Positions 28,954-38,757 of a stretch of 64,000 bases of DNA are shown one piece after another. The DNA is from Candidatus Latescibacterota bacterium. Its GTDB lineage: Bacteria; Latescibacterota; UBA2968; UBA8231. The notes below the pieces were generated by a model that searched no databases, was not told where the DNA came from, and saw only the letters and a list, made by a program, of their open reading frames with translations. The stretch is from positions 2,912,001-2,976,000 of the forward strand of contig OZ241889.1 in the NCBI GenBank assembly GCA_965203355.1, written 5' to 3'. Position 1 is the first letter of the stretch; each line of letters starts with the position of its first letter. Both the position numbers and the translations under genes were made by a program.

Positions 28954-29814
28954 CTATCCCCTGAGCAGCGGCTCTATATAGTCTTTGGCGCGCAGCAAAC
29001 CTTCCTGTTGCAGTTCGGGCGTCTGCCAGAAGTAGTGATCTTCAAGCTCCACCGAGAGTACGCCATCGTAACCCACGTCTTCGAGCCGGCGTATTACAAA
29101 GTTCCAATCCACCTCGCCTTCGCCGGGGATGGTATAGCGCCACCAGCCCTCGCCGCATACGTAGGTCGAACTGTAGGCCTCGCCCAAGTTGCCGGATTCG
29201 TAGAGTTTTTCCGGCATGATCTCGGTGTCCTTGAGATGGACGTGCCGCACGCGGTCGCCAAACTCGTACAAGAGCCGCTGATAGTCGATCTGCAAGCGCA
29301 CAAAGTGGGAGGGATCGTAGCAGATGCCCAGCCGTGGCGACGGACACGCGGCAAAAATCAAGCGTAGGCTCTCCGGCGAGCAGCCCAGATTGGCGTAGTG
29401 GGGTCGGCCCCCCGGCCAAGGTTCAATGGCGATATTAACGCCCACCTTCTCGGCGTGGGCTACGACCCGCGGATAGACCTTGGCAAATATCTCAAAGGTC
29501 TCGGCTTTGGACATGCTGGGGTCGTCTGGGCCGAGCACGGTAAAAAGCGTGTGGCCACCGTGCCGGGCAATCGCGCTCAAACTCTTCTTTAGTTCGCTCA
29601 AGCCCTTGCGGCGCTGGGCCGCGTCGCGGGTGAGGACTTGGCCCCCGCCATCCGAAGTGCCCAGCACCAAGCCTAGTTGCGCGCAGGTGCGGGCGATCTG
29701 CCGGGTCAAAGGCGGGGTATCGACCGCGCCAAAACCGTGCTCGGCCAACCACGCGGCATAGGCGTCGAAGCCGATCTGGCGGGAAAACGGGGGCATGCGA
29801 GTACCGATTTTCAT
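28954..29814 (-). CDS. Sugar-phosphate isomerase/epimerase (xylose-isomerase-like TIM barrel)
   Basis: IAIEPW, YDPSH, HVHLKD, GYDGVLSVELE. Confidence 0.9.
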   Translation of the reverse strand: MKIGTRMPPFSRQIGFDAYAAWLAEHGFGAVDTPPLTRQIARTCAQLGLVLGTSDGGGQVLTRDAAQRRKGLSELKKSLSAIARHGGHTLFTVLGPDDPSMSKAETFEIFAKVYPRVVAHAEKVGVNIAIEPWPGGRPHYANLGCSPESLRLIFAACPSPRLGICYDPSHFVRLQIDYQRLLYEFGDRVRHVHLKDTEIMPEKLYESGNLGEAYSSTYVCGEGWWRYTIPGEGEVDWNFVIRRLEDVGYDGVLSVELEDHYFWQTPELQQEGLLRAKDYIEPLLRG

Positions 29815-29841
29815 GGTATGTTCCCTTCTATTGGATTTGGA

Positions 29842-31053
29842 TTAAATGGGTATGCGACCCTGCTCATCTGGATTGACCCACTGGGTTACTATCAGCGAGA
29901 CAAAGGCCAAGAGCGCACCACTGACGAAAATGACTTCATAGCCAAAAAAGAGCCAGGCATATCCGCCGACTAAGGGGGCGGCCACGGCGGCTATGTGATT
30001 CATGGTTACCCCCATGGAGAGCGTGGGTTTGAGTTCGTCTGGAGGAGCGATCTTGTGCGCGTAGGTAGTCAGTGCGATTCCGCCGAAGAAAATGAGATTG
30101 TCGAGACAATAGAGCGCGTACAAACTCGGCCGGTGCTCCACGAACGCATAGCCCAAAAAGACGAACACCAACACGCTATAACTTAGCGTGAGCATCCGCC
30201 GCTCGCCAAAGCGATCCACCAAACGGCCCATCCACGCAGCCGTCAAGGTGATGAGCACTTGGTTGATCAGCACCAGCACCATGGTCGTTTCCACCGGCAT
30301 CCCGTGTACCTTCACGAGCGCGAAGATGGCGAAGGTTATAAACATCTGCTTGCGCAAGCCCTGGAGGAAATTCAGGGCGTAGAAGAGCAGATAACGCCGC
30401 TTGAGTACCAAGCGTTTCTCGCCTGCGGGCGCGTCCTTGTTATCGACCCAAAACAGGGCCAAGCCGCCCAGGGCCGTACACGCGCCAGCCAAGACAAAGA
30501 CTCCCTCGTAGCGCAAAAACTCCAGCCCCACCATACACGCGCCAATCGCCGCTAGCCAAGCCAAGCTGCTGATGCTGCGCAATTGTCCCAGCCAGCGGCC
30601 CTTGTCCGCGGTCGGGCCGTAGGCCAAGCCCATGCTCTGCTCTAGCGGGAGCCAGCAGTGAAAGCCCAAGCTCCACACCAGCGAGTACGAGGCCAACATG
30701 AAGACCGAGGCCACCTCCGCGTACGCAGCTAGCCCGATCCCCATCACCACCAGCGCAACCGCGGCAACTTTGGGCGGAGCCCAGCGGACGATCAGGGCCA
30801 GAAAAAACGCGTTGAGGAAACCGGGGACTTCGCGCAGCGCCTCGACGTAGCCCAATTCGTGCGGCTCAATGCCCAGCCGCTCGACGATGAAGTTGTTAAA
30901 CAGGGTTAGCTGCACCCCGAAAAACACCCCGGTCCCGGCCACAGCCACGGCTAAGAGCGCGAAGTTTTTATTCCACTCTGCAAAAGGATTGGCGATGACT
31001 CCCCCTTGTTGATGGAGTGAATTCAAGTGTGCTTTCTCCTCGCAGTCAACCAA
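29842..31053 (-). CDS. MFS transporter (start uncertain)
   Basis: About 12 hydrophobic segments; GRLVDRFGER motif A. Confidence 0.88.
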   Translation of the reverse strand: MVDCEEKAHLNSLHQQGGVIANPFAEWNKNFALLAVAVAGTGVFFGVQLTLFNNFIVERLGIEPHELGYVEALREVPGFLNAFFLALIVRWAPPKVAAVALVVMGIGLAAYAEVASVFMLASYSLVWSLGFHCWLPLEQSMGLAYGPTADKGRWLGQLRSISSLAWLAAIGACMVGLEFLRYEGVFVLAGACTALGGLALFWVDNKDAPAGEKRLVLKRRYLLFYALNFLQGLRKQMFITFAIFALVKVHGMPVETTMVLVLINQVLITLTAAWMGRLVDRFGERRMLTLSYSVLVFVFLGYAFVEHRPSLYALYCLDNLIFFGGIALTTYAHKIAPPDELKPTLSMGVTMNHIAAVAAPLVGGYAWLFFGYEVIFVSGALLAFVSLIVTQWVNPDEQGRIPI

Positions 31054-31062
31054 CTCAGCCCC

Positions 31063-31091
31063 TTGACGGGTGGATGGATAGCCGTTAAGCT
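31063..31091 (+). promoter_or_regulatory. Putative sigma-70 promoter of the creatininase-family gene
   Basis: TTGACG-N17-TAAGCT, then AAAGGAG RBS. Confidence 0.55.
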
Positions 31092-31124
31092 ACCGGCTCA
31101 GCCAACGCAAAGGAGATTGGTACG

Positions 31125-31868
31125 ATGGCCGACGAACGCGTCTTTATTGGCGACCTAACCCGCAAAGAATTCCGCGAGCGCATCCAAGCAGGCACGATCA
31201 AGGCCGCCATCGTGCCCACCGCCGCAACCGAACAGCACAACGAACACCTGCACATGATCCACGACACCTTCCACGCCAGCTATATGGCCGAGCACGCGGC
31301 CAAAAAGCTCCTGCCCCAAGTGGTGGTAGCCACGCCGGTGGGCATCGGCGTTTCCGAGCACTGGATGGCACACGTTGGCACCCTGACCGTACGGCCGGAA
31401 ATTTTCTGCGAATACGTCTTCGACGTCTGTCATTCGCTCGCGCGGGCTGGCGTTGAGAACATCTTGGTGCTCAACGGCCATGGCGGCAACGTCAAACCCA
31501 TGATGCGCCGCCTGGACGAATACCGGGAAAAACTCGGCGTCAACCTGCGCTTCCAGTCCTATTGGGATGTATATGACCCCGACTACGTGCAGCAACACAT
31601 GGAGCGGGGACGGCTGCCTGGACACGCCGACGAGTTCGAGACCTCCACGATGCTCTACCTAGCGCCTTGGCGCGTACAGACCGCCGCCATCGACAACTCG
31701 GCCGCGGCCTTAGGCACACGCGCCAAGGGCGAGGCCCTAGTGGGGCCAGCCGTGGACGGGGTCGCCGCGCTGTTGGAGCACATGATCGCCGGCGAGCAAA
31801 TTGACCTGCCGCCGGTGACCTTCTACCCCGAGGGCAAGCGCAACCTCGTCACCGGTGAGCCGGTTTGA
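31125..31868 (+). CDS. Creatininase-family amidohydrolase
   Basis: TEQHNEHL, NGHGGN, HADEFETS. Confidence 0.92.
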   Translation: MADERVFIGDLTRKEFRERIQAGTIKAAIVPTAATEQHNEHLHMIHDTFHASYMAEHAAKKLLPQVVVATPVGIGVSEHWMAHVGTLTVRPEIFCEYVFDVCHSLARAGVENILVLNGHGGNVKPMMRRLDEYREKLGVNLRFQSYWDVYDPDYVQQHMERGRLPGHADEFETSTMLYLAPWRVQTAAIDNSAAALGTRAKGEALVGPAVDGVAALLEHMIAGEQIDLPPVTFYPEGKRNLVTGEPV

Positions 31869-32898
31869 GCACGACCCCCAGCGCTTCGGCCGGCGACTCG
31901 ACGAGCACATCTACGGCCGCGGCGATATCTTCGAGCGCAAACTCGTGGGTGTAGAGCGGTTGGACGCGCAGCTTCCCGGCGGCTATGGCGCGCAGACACT
32001 CGGCTAGGTTGCGCTGCGTTGACCACTCGACCAAGACTCGGGGATACGCTTGGCCGCGCTCGTACGCTGGGTCGTGATAACCAGGACCGGTGCGCGCCGC
32101 ACTCCGCACATCCACATTGCCCAGCGCCGCTCCAAAACCATGCGTTACCTGCGCTCCCCCTACGAGGATAATGCGCCCCATGCGATGCGTATCCGGCGCT
32201 TGCTTTAGGCTCTGATAGATGGTTGCCAAGGCATTGCTGGCCTCGCCGCCAAAGGCAATGACGCCAAAATCCATGCCATACCCTTGGGTAAATGCCTCGG
32301 CCTGCTCGACCACGGCCTGCCCAGCCGGATCGACGACGCGCTCTATGCCCACCTGCCGGGCCAGGTCTCGACGGCGCGCAAAGTAATCGACTCCCAAGAC
32401 ATGGCAGCCGCTTAGCTGAGCGAATTGGGCCGTAAACTGACCGACCAAACCCAACCCGACCACGATCCCGTTTTCCCCGTACAAAGGAGCCGTGCGGCGC
32501 ACTGCGTGCAATCCAGTCGCTGCCAGATGCACAGACGCCGCCTCGGCAAAGCTAACGCCCTCGGGTATGGCCGCGCACAAGTTCTGCGGAACGCAGACCC
32601 AATCGGCGTGTAGGGCGTACCCACCCCCCATGCAGGCCACGCCCTGCCCCACCTCAAATTGCTCTACACCAGCCCCGATCGCCTCAACGACGCCGGCGTT
32701 GGTGTAGCCAAAAGGACGCGGGCCCCTGTCGGGTTGCGGTTTTTCTCGCATGGCCCCTACCCTCCCCAGTTCGGTTCCTGGGCTAATCAACGAGGCCTCC
32801 ACCTGCACTTTTACCTCGCCAGGGCCGAGAGCAGGCATAGTTTCCTCTATACATACTCCCTGACCACGGCCATCAATAGCCGCGACTTTCCTCTGCAT
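31849..32898 (-). CDS. Medium-chain (zinc-binding-type) alcohol dehydrogenase family protein
   Basis: SLISPGTE, PFGYTNAG, VVGLGLVG Rossmann motif, GPGYHDPAYE. Confidence 0.88.
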   Translation of the reverse strand: MQRKVAAIDGRGQGVCIEETMPALGPGEVKVQVEASLISPGTELGRVGAMREKPQPDRGPRPFGYTNAGVVEAIGAGVEQFEVGQGVACMGGGYALHADWVCVPQNLCAAIPEGVSFAEAASVHLAATGLHAVRRTAPLYGENGIVVGLGLVGQFTAQFAQLSGCHVLGVDYFARRRDLARQVGIERVVDPAGQAVVEQAEAFTQGYGMDFGVIAFGGEASNALATIYQSLKQAPDTHRMGRIILVGGAQVTHGFGAALGNVDVRSAARTGPGYHDPAYERGQAYPRVLVEWSTQRNLAECLRAIAAGKLRVQPLYTHEFALEDIAAAVDVLVESPAEALGVVLKPAHR

Positions 32899-32993
32899 CA
32901 GTACCTCCTGCTCGCGCTGGTTGCGCCCTCGTGGACTGCTGTATTACTTATACAACTCATGTTTAATATGTCTATTGCCCTATTCGAGGCGCT

Positions 32994-33761
32994 GTGAACG
33001 TCATCATTGCCGCAGTTTTAGGAGGCATCCTCTTGGTTTGGGGCGGGTTTTTGGGCCTGCTCCGCATTGCGGATCCCTTTGAGCGCAAACACGTGCTGAT
33101 CCTCGCGGCGTACACCACCCTCGTCGTCGGCTGCATTATGGGCTTGGTGCTCTTTATCAATCACGAGCAGCAAAAGCAGCACCGCTATCAGCTAGATGCG
33201 CAAATGGAGGACTTCTCCAATCGCCTCTCCGAGCTGAGCACCCGGCTCATTGGCCAGCTAGAAGAAAAAGCCAATCTGACCGCCTCTGAATTCGAGATCC
33301 GCACCCTCTTGCAAAACGAAAAGGATCACCACAAGCGCACCCGCAATCAACTAGCAACCCAAATAGATCACAACAACTCGCTGCAAAACAAAATGGAAGC
33401 CGAGCGCAAGGAGCGGCTGAGCTACCAATCCAGCATGGACCGCAAACTCGAAGAACGCTTCCGGCAGGAGGACTTGCGCTACCAAAACCTCGCCGACACC
33501 CAAAAGCGCTCCTTGGCAAATGTGCAGGCGCAGTTCGCCCCCCTCAACAACGAGTTGTCCCGTCTGCAACAACAAACCGCGACCTTGCAACGCAACCAGC
33601 AGGCGACCCTAGACAAAATAGCCGCCAGCCGCGAAACCCAAACGCTCTCAGTCCAAAAACTCGACGCGCTCGCCCGCAGCCTGAGTGCCCTGTACGACGA
33701 CTTGAACCGAACTATGGCCCAAGTTGATAGCCTATATCACAGAACATCGCCAACGCCTTAA
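32994..33761 (+). CDS. Hypothetical membrane protein: two N-terminal TM helices plus long coiled coil
   Basis: Two hydrophobic segments followed by about 200 aa of Q/E/L/R-rich heptads. Confidence 0.75.
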   Translation: MNVIIAAVLGGILLVWGGFLGLLRIADPFERKHVLILAAYTTLVVGCIMGLVLFINHEQQKQHRYQLDAQMEDFSNRLSELSTRLIGQLEEKANLTASEFEIRTLLQNEKDHHKRTRNQLATQIDHNNSLQNKMEAERKERLSYQSSMDRKLEERFRQEDLRYQNLADTQKRSLANVQAQFAPLNNELSRLQQQTATLQRNQQATLDKIAASRETQTLSVQKLDALARSLSALYDDLNRTMAQVDSLYHRTSPTP

Positions 33762-33771
33762 GGAGCTGACA

Positions 33772-34596
33772 ATGAAACGTACCCTCATTCCTTTCATCGC
33801 CCTGTTCCTTGCTGCCTGCACCAATAAGGAGCAAGAAATGATCCTGCTCCAATTGCAAAGCGACATGGTCCGCGCCAACGCCGCCATTGACTCGCTGACC
33901 TACTCGCTCGACGACTCCAACCGCTTGCTCGACGACATGCGGGCGCAAGTAGATAGCACCCAACAGGTCAACGACAAGCTCCTCGAAAACGTGCAAAAGC
34001 TCAACAAAGAGTTGCGGCACTGGAGTAAACTGGCCACCGAATACGAGCAGAATAATGAGCGGTTAAAAATCGAAATCAATCAGTTAAGGCAGGAAAAGCA
34101 AGCGGACCGTTACACCATCTCCCAGCTGCGCACCGAGACCGATCGCCTTAACGCCGAGTTGTTGGAAACCCACAGTAGCATCCGCCGCCAGAGCGATCAC
34201 ATCCGCCGCTTAGAGCAGGACTTGGCCGAAGCCAAGACCGAACTGGTCGAGGCCAAGTCCCAAATCGCCGAGCAAAACGCAGTGTACCTCTATGCTGCCA
34301 ACGAAACCCAACTCGTAGAACAGGGCTACCTCAAAACGCACCGCCCCTTTGGCCGGGGGTTCCGCAAGCAGTACGAATTAATTAAAAATATCCGCCCCGA
34401 CAGCCCAGGGGCCCAAGTCGCGCCTATTGGCCAAACCATCGCGCTACCAAGTGAAGTCGAGGCTCTCGTCGATCGCTACGGCAGGCTCAGGAAGGGGGAT
34501 GACTACGAAATGACGCGCAGCGACGCCGGCATACAGGTCGCTTTCCTCAACGAGTTAGCCGGTGGCACGGGCGTCTTGGCGATACTCAAGGAATAG
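33772..34596 (+). CDS. Coiled-coil lipoprotein with C-terminal globular domain
   Basis: AAGGAG RBS; MKRTLIPFIALFLAAC lipobox; heptads followed by NAVYLYAANETQLVEQGYL. Confidence 0.8.
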   Translation: MKRTLIPFIALFLAACTNKEQEMILLQLQSDMVRANAAIDSLTYSLDDSNRLLDDMRAQVDSTQQVNDKLLENVQKLNKELRHWSKLATEYEQNNERLKIEINQLRQEKQADRYTISQLRTETDRLNAELLETHSSIRRQSDHIRRLEQDLAEAKTELVEAKSQIAEQNAVYLYAANETQLVEQGYLKTHRPFGRGFRKQYELIKNIRPDSPGAQVAPIGQTIALPSEVEALVDRYGRLRKGDDYEMTRSDAGIQVAFLNELAGGTGVLAILKE

Positions 34597-34605
34597 CTTG
34601 GCCCC

Positions 34606-35025
34606 TCACCAAGTGTGGACATAGACCGCTGGGCGCACCTTCTCTCCGGTTTGGTCGGTCGAAAGCAGCGAGTCGGCAAACGATGCGTGTTTGGCCAACT
34701 GCTCGCGGCTGCCGCCTTTGAGAAATAAGTGCAAATTAGCCTCAGGTTCGGCGGCGAGGTCCCGCACCATGCGGCGGAAATCCCACTCGCTCAAGGGGCT
34801 GTCGATGGTGTAGCCATTGCGCGATAGCCCCAGGCCCGCGCTCGTGTAGAGCACGACCCGATCCCCAGGCTGTGGGTCGTGGCGATGCACCCGCCAAACG
34901 GGTTGCGTCGCGTTGAGAATCATAATGCCCAGGCTCAACATCAGCATCATAATGCCCAAGAAGAGTTCCTTGCTAATATCGTGCTCTTCAAACTCGGCGG
35001 CTTGGCGCTTGAGATAGCGGCTCAC
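34606..35025 (-). CDS. Atypical ExbD/TolR-like single-TM protein
   Basis: HDISKELFLGIMMLML TM near the N-terminus; alpha/beta periplasmic domain; overlaps the ExbB-like stop. Confidence 0.6.
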   Translation of the reverse strand: MSRYLKRQAAEFEEHDISKELFLGIMMLMLSLGIMILNATQPVWRVHRHDPQPGDRVVLYTSAGLGLSRNGYTIDSPLSEWDFRRMVRDLAAEPEANLHLFLKGGSREQLAKHASFADSLLSTDQTGEKVRPAVYVHTW

Positions 35026-35807
35026 AATTTTTTATTCCTCTCTCTGACCCAAGCGTCCTCCTGCCGGGCCAGCCGCTGGACCAAGTAGTCGGCGATTTTG
35101 CGCAGCGGCAAGTAGGCCAAGAGACCGACGAGCGTGGTCTTAAAAGCCAAAACCAAACCCTCGGCCATGGCGCTGAGTGCCTTAAAGGTCTGCGTGGCTT
35201 CGTCAATCTGACTCAATTCCTGCGCGGTCAGCAGGATACCGCAGACCGTGCCCAAGTAACCGTATAGGGGAATCCGCGCCAGATCCCGGCGCACATGCGT
35301 CAAAGGGTCGCCGAGAAAACCAACCAACTCATCTACTAACTCCTCGTCTCTGCTCTTGAGCTCGCTGTAGTCGGCTGCTTGGCCTTCCAATTCCGCTAGT
35401 TTTTCCATTCTCTTGCGGCCCAAGGTGTTAGCATCGAGCTCTCTTCCGCTCTCCCAAGTCTCCCAAGCCCGTCCCTCGCGCCGAAGGTGCAAATTAATGT
35501 AGGCCAAGCTCAACAGATGGCCACCAGCCGCCCAAGCGATCAGCACGTATGAGAAGCGGCCAATCCACGCAAAGGCACTGTCTAGCTGCGGATTGGTAAA
35601 GAGGTAATAAGCCGCCAGTCCCCCGACGATTGCCCCAGTCAGCAAGCCTATAAAGCTGGCTAGGTACTGTAGGCGGGGTAACTTCAGAGCGTGCGATTCG
35701 TCCTGTCGGCGCATACGTCGGGCTCGGCGCAGGTGCAAATAGCTAACGCTAACGCCGCAGGCCAGCACCAACAGGATGCGGCTGACGAAAACTAATTCGT
35801 CGTTCAA
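35022..35807 (-). CDS. MotA/TolQ/ExbB proton-channel family protein with three N-terminal TMs
   Basis: IPLYGYLGTVCG and EGLVLAFKTTLVGL match the family hairpin; TTG start overlapping the upstream TGA inferred. Confidence 0.85.
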   Translation of the reverse strand: MNDELVFVSRILLVLACGVSVSYLHLRRARRMRRQDESHALKLPRLQYLASFIGLLTGAIVGGLAAYYLFTNPQLDSAFAWIGRFSYVLIAWAAGGHLLSLAYINLHLRREGRAWETWESGRELDANTLGRKRMEKLAELEGQAADYSELKSRDEELVDELVGFLGDPLTHVRRDLARIPLYGYLGTVCGILLTAQELSQIDEATQTFKALSAMAEGLVLAFKTTLVGLLAYLPLRKIADYLVQRLARQEDAWVRERNKKL

Positions 35808-37000
35808 GAGATCTTGAAGAGTTTCCACCACTGCCAACTTATCACCCCCAGATAGAACAGCAGGCCCGTTGCAATTCCCCACAGCGCCCACGGCGTGCTG
35901 CGGATACTGTAGATGCCCTGAGCCGACGATTGCTGTCCACCCATTCCCGCTTCCCTAGCCCGTCCATCCCCTTTGGTTGAACCACGGGCAGCCGGGGGTT
36001 TATAATCTCGGCGACGATCTGCTTCCCCACGCGCTGTGCCGACCATGGTACGCTGCGACGCGACATGGCTCGTACCTTTAAGCGTTTGTTTTGGTGGTAA
36101 GATCAAGGCGCGTTCCTCGGCGGGCAGGGCCTCGGCCCAAGCGAGCAATTTTTTTGCCGCACCTATGCTTTCGACTTCGGCCAATTTGCTCGCTTTCCCG
36201 AGGGAAAAAGCCAGCCGCCCGCGGACAAATCCCTCGTAGAGCACGTCCTGGGTGGGGCGGCGGCGCACGCGGAGTTTTTGCGCCAATTCATCGCGTTGCT
36301 TTTGCAGATGCACCAGACGGCTGACGACCCTATGAGTCTCCATGGGCTGGTGCGACACATTGCTGACCACACCTCCGAGCGGCCGACGACGGGCCGCGCG
36401 GGCTAATTGTGCGGCGTCGAACTGGGTCTCTAATTCGACCTCGCCAAACAGTGCCGTCCCCCAGATGACTTCGGCTCCGGGAATGTCGGGTAAGCTGTGG
36501 TTGTAAAAACGCGGCTCGGCCCGCTGGCCAGCGACCCACCACTGGCCAGTGCCGGTAGCCAGCACCTGGCGCAAGCGGCCGCGGCCATCTTGCAAATACA
36601 AACCAGCCATAAAGCCGCTTTCGACTCGGTCTGTGTCCCAGCAATGGGCGCGCAAGACATTGGACTCGCGCAGGTACACGACGGGAATTTCGACTCGGAT
36701 CGGAGTCAAACGCGTCTCCCCGATCCGCTGTCCATTGAGGAACAGCTCGGCTTCGTCGTCGGCCCAAAATATTAGTACCAGTCTGGAATTGGCTGGCAAT
36801 AGCCGACTGCCTTCCTTTCGCTTTGCCAGCTCGCGCAGATGGTCCCCGCCATAGAGACGGACCAAGGTGTCGATGCTGGCGGACACTTGGTTGTATTGTT
36901 GTCTCAGTGCCACCACATCGTCAGCCATAGCCGTAGCAGGCCAGCCGACTCCGTATGCCGCCCAAGCCAACCCACACATCCATTGCCCATAGCCGTTCAT
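35804..37000 (-). CDS. Exported protein with jelly-roll/carbohydrate-binding-like domain and C-terminal TM anchor
   Basis: Signal peptide ending ATAMA; WADDEAELFLNGQRIG; C-terminal WALWGIATGLLFYLGVISW; ATGA overlap with the SDR gene. Confidence 0.7.
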   Translation of the reverse strand: MNGYGQWMCGLAWAAYGVGWPATAMADDVVALRQQYNQVSASIDTLVRLYGGDHLRELAKRKEGSRLLPANSRLVLIFWADDEAELFLNGQRIGETRLTPIRVEIPVVYLRESNVLRAHCWDTDRVESGFMAGLYLQDGRGRLRQVLATGTGQWWVAGQRAEPRFYNHSLPDIPGAEVIWGTALFGEVELETQFDAAQLARAARRRPLGGVVSNVSHQPMETHRVVSRLVHLQKQRDELAQKLRVRRRPTQDVLYEGFVRGRLAFSLGKASKLAEVESIGAAKKLLAWAEALPAEERALILPPKQTLKGTSHVASQRTMVGTARGEADRRRDYKPPAARGSTKGDGRAREAGMGGQQSSAQGIYSIRSTPWALWGIATGLLFYLGVISWQWWKLFKIS

Positions 37001-37767
37001 ATATTGGACTTGGATTGCCCCCCATCGACATTGATGCAGGCACCGGTCACCCATTTCGCCCGGTCGGATGCCAAAAAGGCCACTACATCGGCCACTTCCT
37101 CCGGGGTGCCAAAGCGACCAAAAGGTATATTGGCGTCGATAAAGGCCTGGATTTGAGCTGGATTTTCCTTCATCCGCCGCTCCCAACTTCCCCCAGGAAA
37201 GAGAATGGAGCCTGGAGCCACAGTATTGACGCGGATGTTCTTTTTTGCCGCTTCAATCGCCAAGTTGGCCCCTAGGCTAATAAGCGCTGCTTTGGCGGCG
37301 TTATAGGAGATAGGCCCGCCGGTTTCGCGGCCAAAAATCGAAGAAATGTGGACGATGCTGCCGCCCCCACGTGCTGCCATTAAGGGAATCGCCGCCCGGC
37401 TCACCCGCACGGCGGAAAGAAAGCTCAAATTGATGATGTCGTTCCACTCGGCATCGTCGATCTCGACAAAGGGGGTCCACTTAGAGCCACCGACATTATT
37501 TACGAGAATGTCTAGCCCGCCAAAGCGACCTCTCGCCGCCTCCACCACAGTGATCGCGCCTTCCGGCGTCGTCATATCTTGCGCGGTCGCCTCTACCTCT
37601 GCGCCTGCATTTGCTAAGTCAGCCGCCGCGTCCGCCAGCGCGTCCGCATCGCGCGCGCAGATGCAAAGCCGGGCACCTTCGGCGGCCAAGGCGGCGGCGA
37701 TGCGCTTGCCAATGCCGCGGCTAGCCCCGGTCACCAAGGCGACTTTGTCTTTGAGTCCTAGATCCAA
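36997..37767 (-). CDS. SDR-family oxidoreductase
   Basis: TGASRGIG, LVNNVG, YNAAK, VDGG. Confidence 0.93.
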   Translation of the reverse strand: MDLGLKDKVALVTGASRGIGKRIAAALAAEGARLCICARDADALADAAADLANAGAEVEATAQDMTTPEGAITVVEAARGRFGGLDILVNNVGGSKWTPFVEIDDAEWNDIINLSFLSAVRVSRAAIPLMAARGGGSIVHISSIFGRETGGPISYNAAKAALISLGANLAIEAAKKNIRVNTVAPGSILFPGGSWERRMKENPAQIQAFIDANIPFGRFGTPEEVADVVAFLASDRAKWVTGACINVDGGQSKSNI

Positions 37768-37768
37768 G

Positions 37769-38755
37769 CTACACTCCTTTTTCAATGCCCGGGGCCAATG
37801 CACCGGGGTTGGTTGCAAAAAGCGCGATCAAATAAGCAATGCACAACACCAACAACACCAAACCCTTCCAGCGGTTTAACGAGTAGCCGAGGCGCATCAA
37901 CCCGAGCATCGTCAGCACGATCGCCAGCATCCACGGGAACATGAAATTGACCACGCTGGCTGGGACCACCAGTGGATTGACCAAAGCCGAAGCACCGGCG
38001 ATCCAGCAGATGTTGAGGATGTCCGCTCCGAGAATGTTGCCCACCGCCAAAGCCCCTTGGCCCTTGCGGGCGGCGACAATGCAGGTGGCGATTTCGGGTA
38101 TCGAAGTGCCCAAGGCCACGACCACCAAGCCGATGACGACATCCGGCAGCCCCAAGGCCCTCGCCACGACCGGCGTGGCTTCGACGATAAAATGGCTACT
38201 GACGACCACGCCAGCTAAGCCACAGGCGAATAGCAACACTACCTTCGAGAGGCTGCGCAGCGGAGCATCCGCCTCCTCGATCTCAGCGCGAGGTCGCCGC
38301 TTCTGTTCCCAGAACGAGTATATTAGGTATAGGACAAAAAGCCCCACCAAGGTACCGCCTTCCACCCGAGCCAGCGTCCCGTCGGAGGCCATGTACCAAG
38401 CCACTAGATCTACGGTAATGAGAAAGACCGCGGCCGAGCGCAGCACAATGCGGTCGATGGCAATGGCCGCAGGAGCAAAAAATGCGGCCATGGGCAGAGC
38501 CACGCCATCGTCGTAAATGACCGACCCTACGGCATTGCCCAGTGCCACTTCGGGTGAGTCCTTGAGGGCGGCGGTCACGGAAACGGCCAATTCGGGCGAG
38601 GTCGTGCCAATGCCGACGATGACGATGCCGATCAATATCGGCGGGGCGTGGAGATAACGCGCAATATCAATGGCTCCCTCGACCAGATAGTCGGCGCATT
38701 TGGCCAACAGCGCGAAGGACAGGACCATCAGGCCCGCAGCTTCCCATACCCCCAT
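37769..38755 (-). CDS. Calcium/sodium antiporter (YrbG/CaCA family)
   Basis: Alpha-repeats GTTSPEL...GNAVGS and GTSIPEI...GNILG. Confidence 0.92.
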   Translation of the reverse strand: MGVWEAAGLMVLSFALLAKCADYLVEGAIDIARYLHAPPILIGIVIVGIGTTSPELAVSVTAALKDSPEVALGNAVGSVIYDDGVALPMAAFFAPAAIAIDRIVLRSAAVFLITVDLVAWYMASDGTLARVEGGTLVGLFVLYLIYSFWEQKRRPRAEIEEADAPLRSLSKVVLLFACGLAGVVVSSHFIVEATPVVARALGLPDVVIGLVVVALGTSIPEIATCIVAARKGQGALAVGNILGADILNICWIAGASALVNPLVVPASVVNFMFPWMLAIVLTMLGLMRLGYSLNRWKGLVLLVLCIAYLIALFATNPGALAPGIEKGV

Positions 38756-38757
38756 GA

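Noticed and set aside
32994-33761. GldL/PorL motor subunit
   Set aside because: The 2-TM plus coiled-coil layout is similar, but GldL sequence motifs and gldK/M/N neighbours are absent
34606-35807. Zorya ZorAB or flagellar MotAB
   Set aside because: No OmpA-like domain in the small subunit, no long ZorA tail, and no zorC/D/E or flagellar genes
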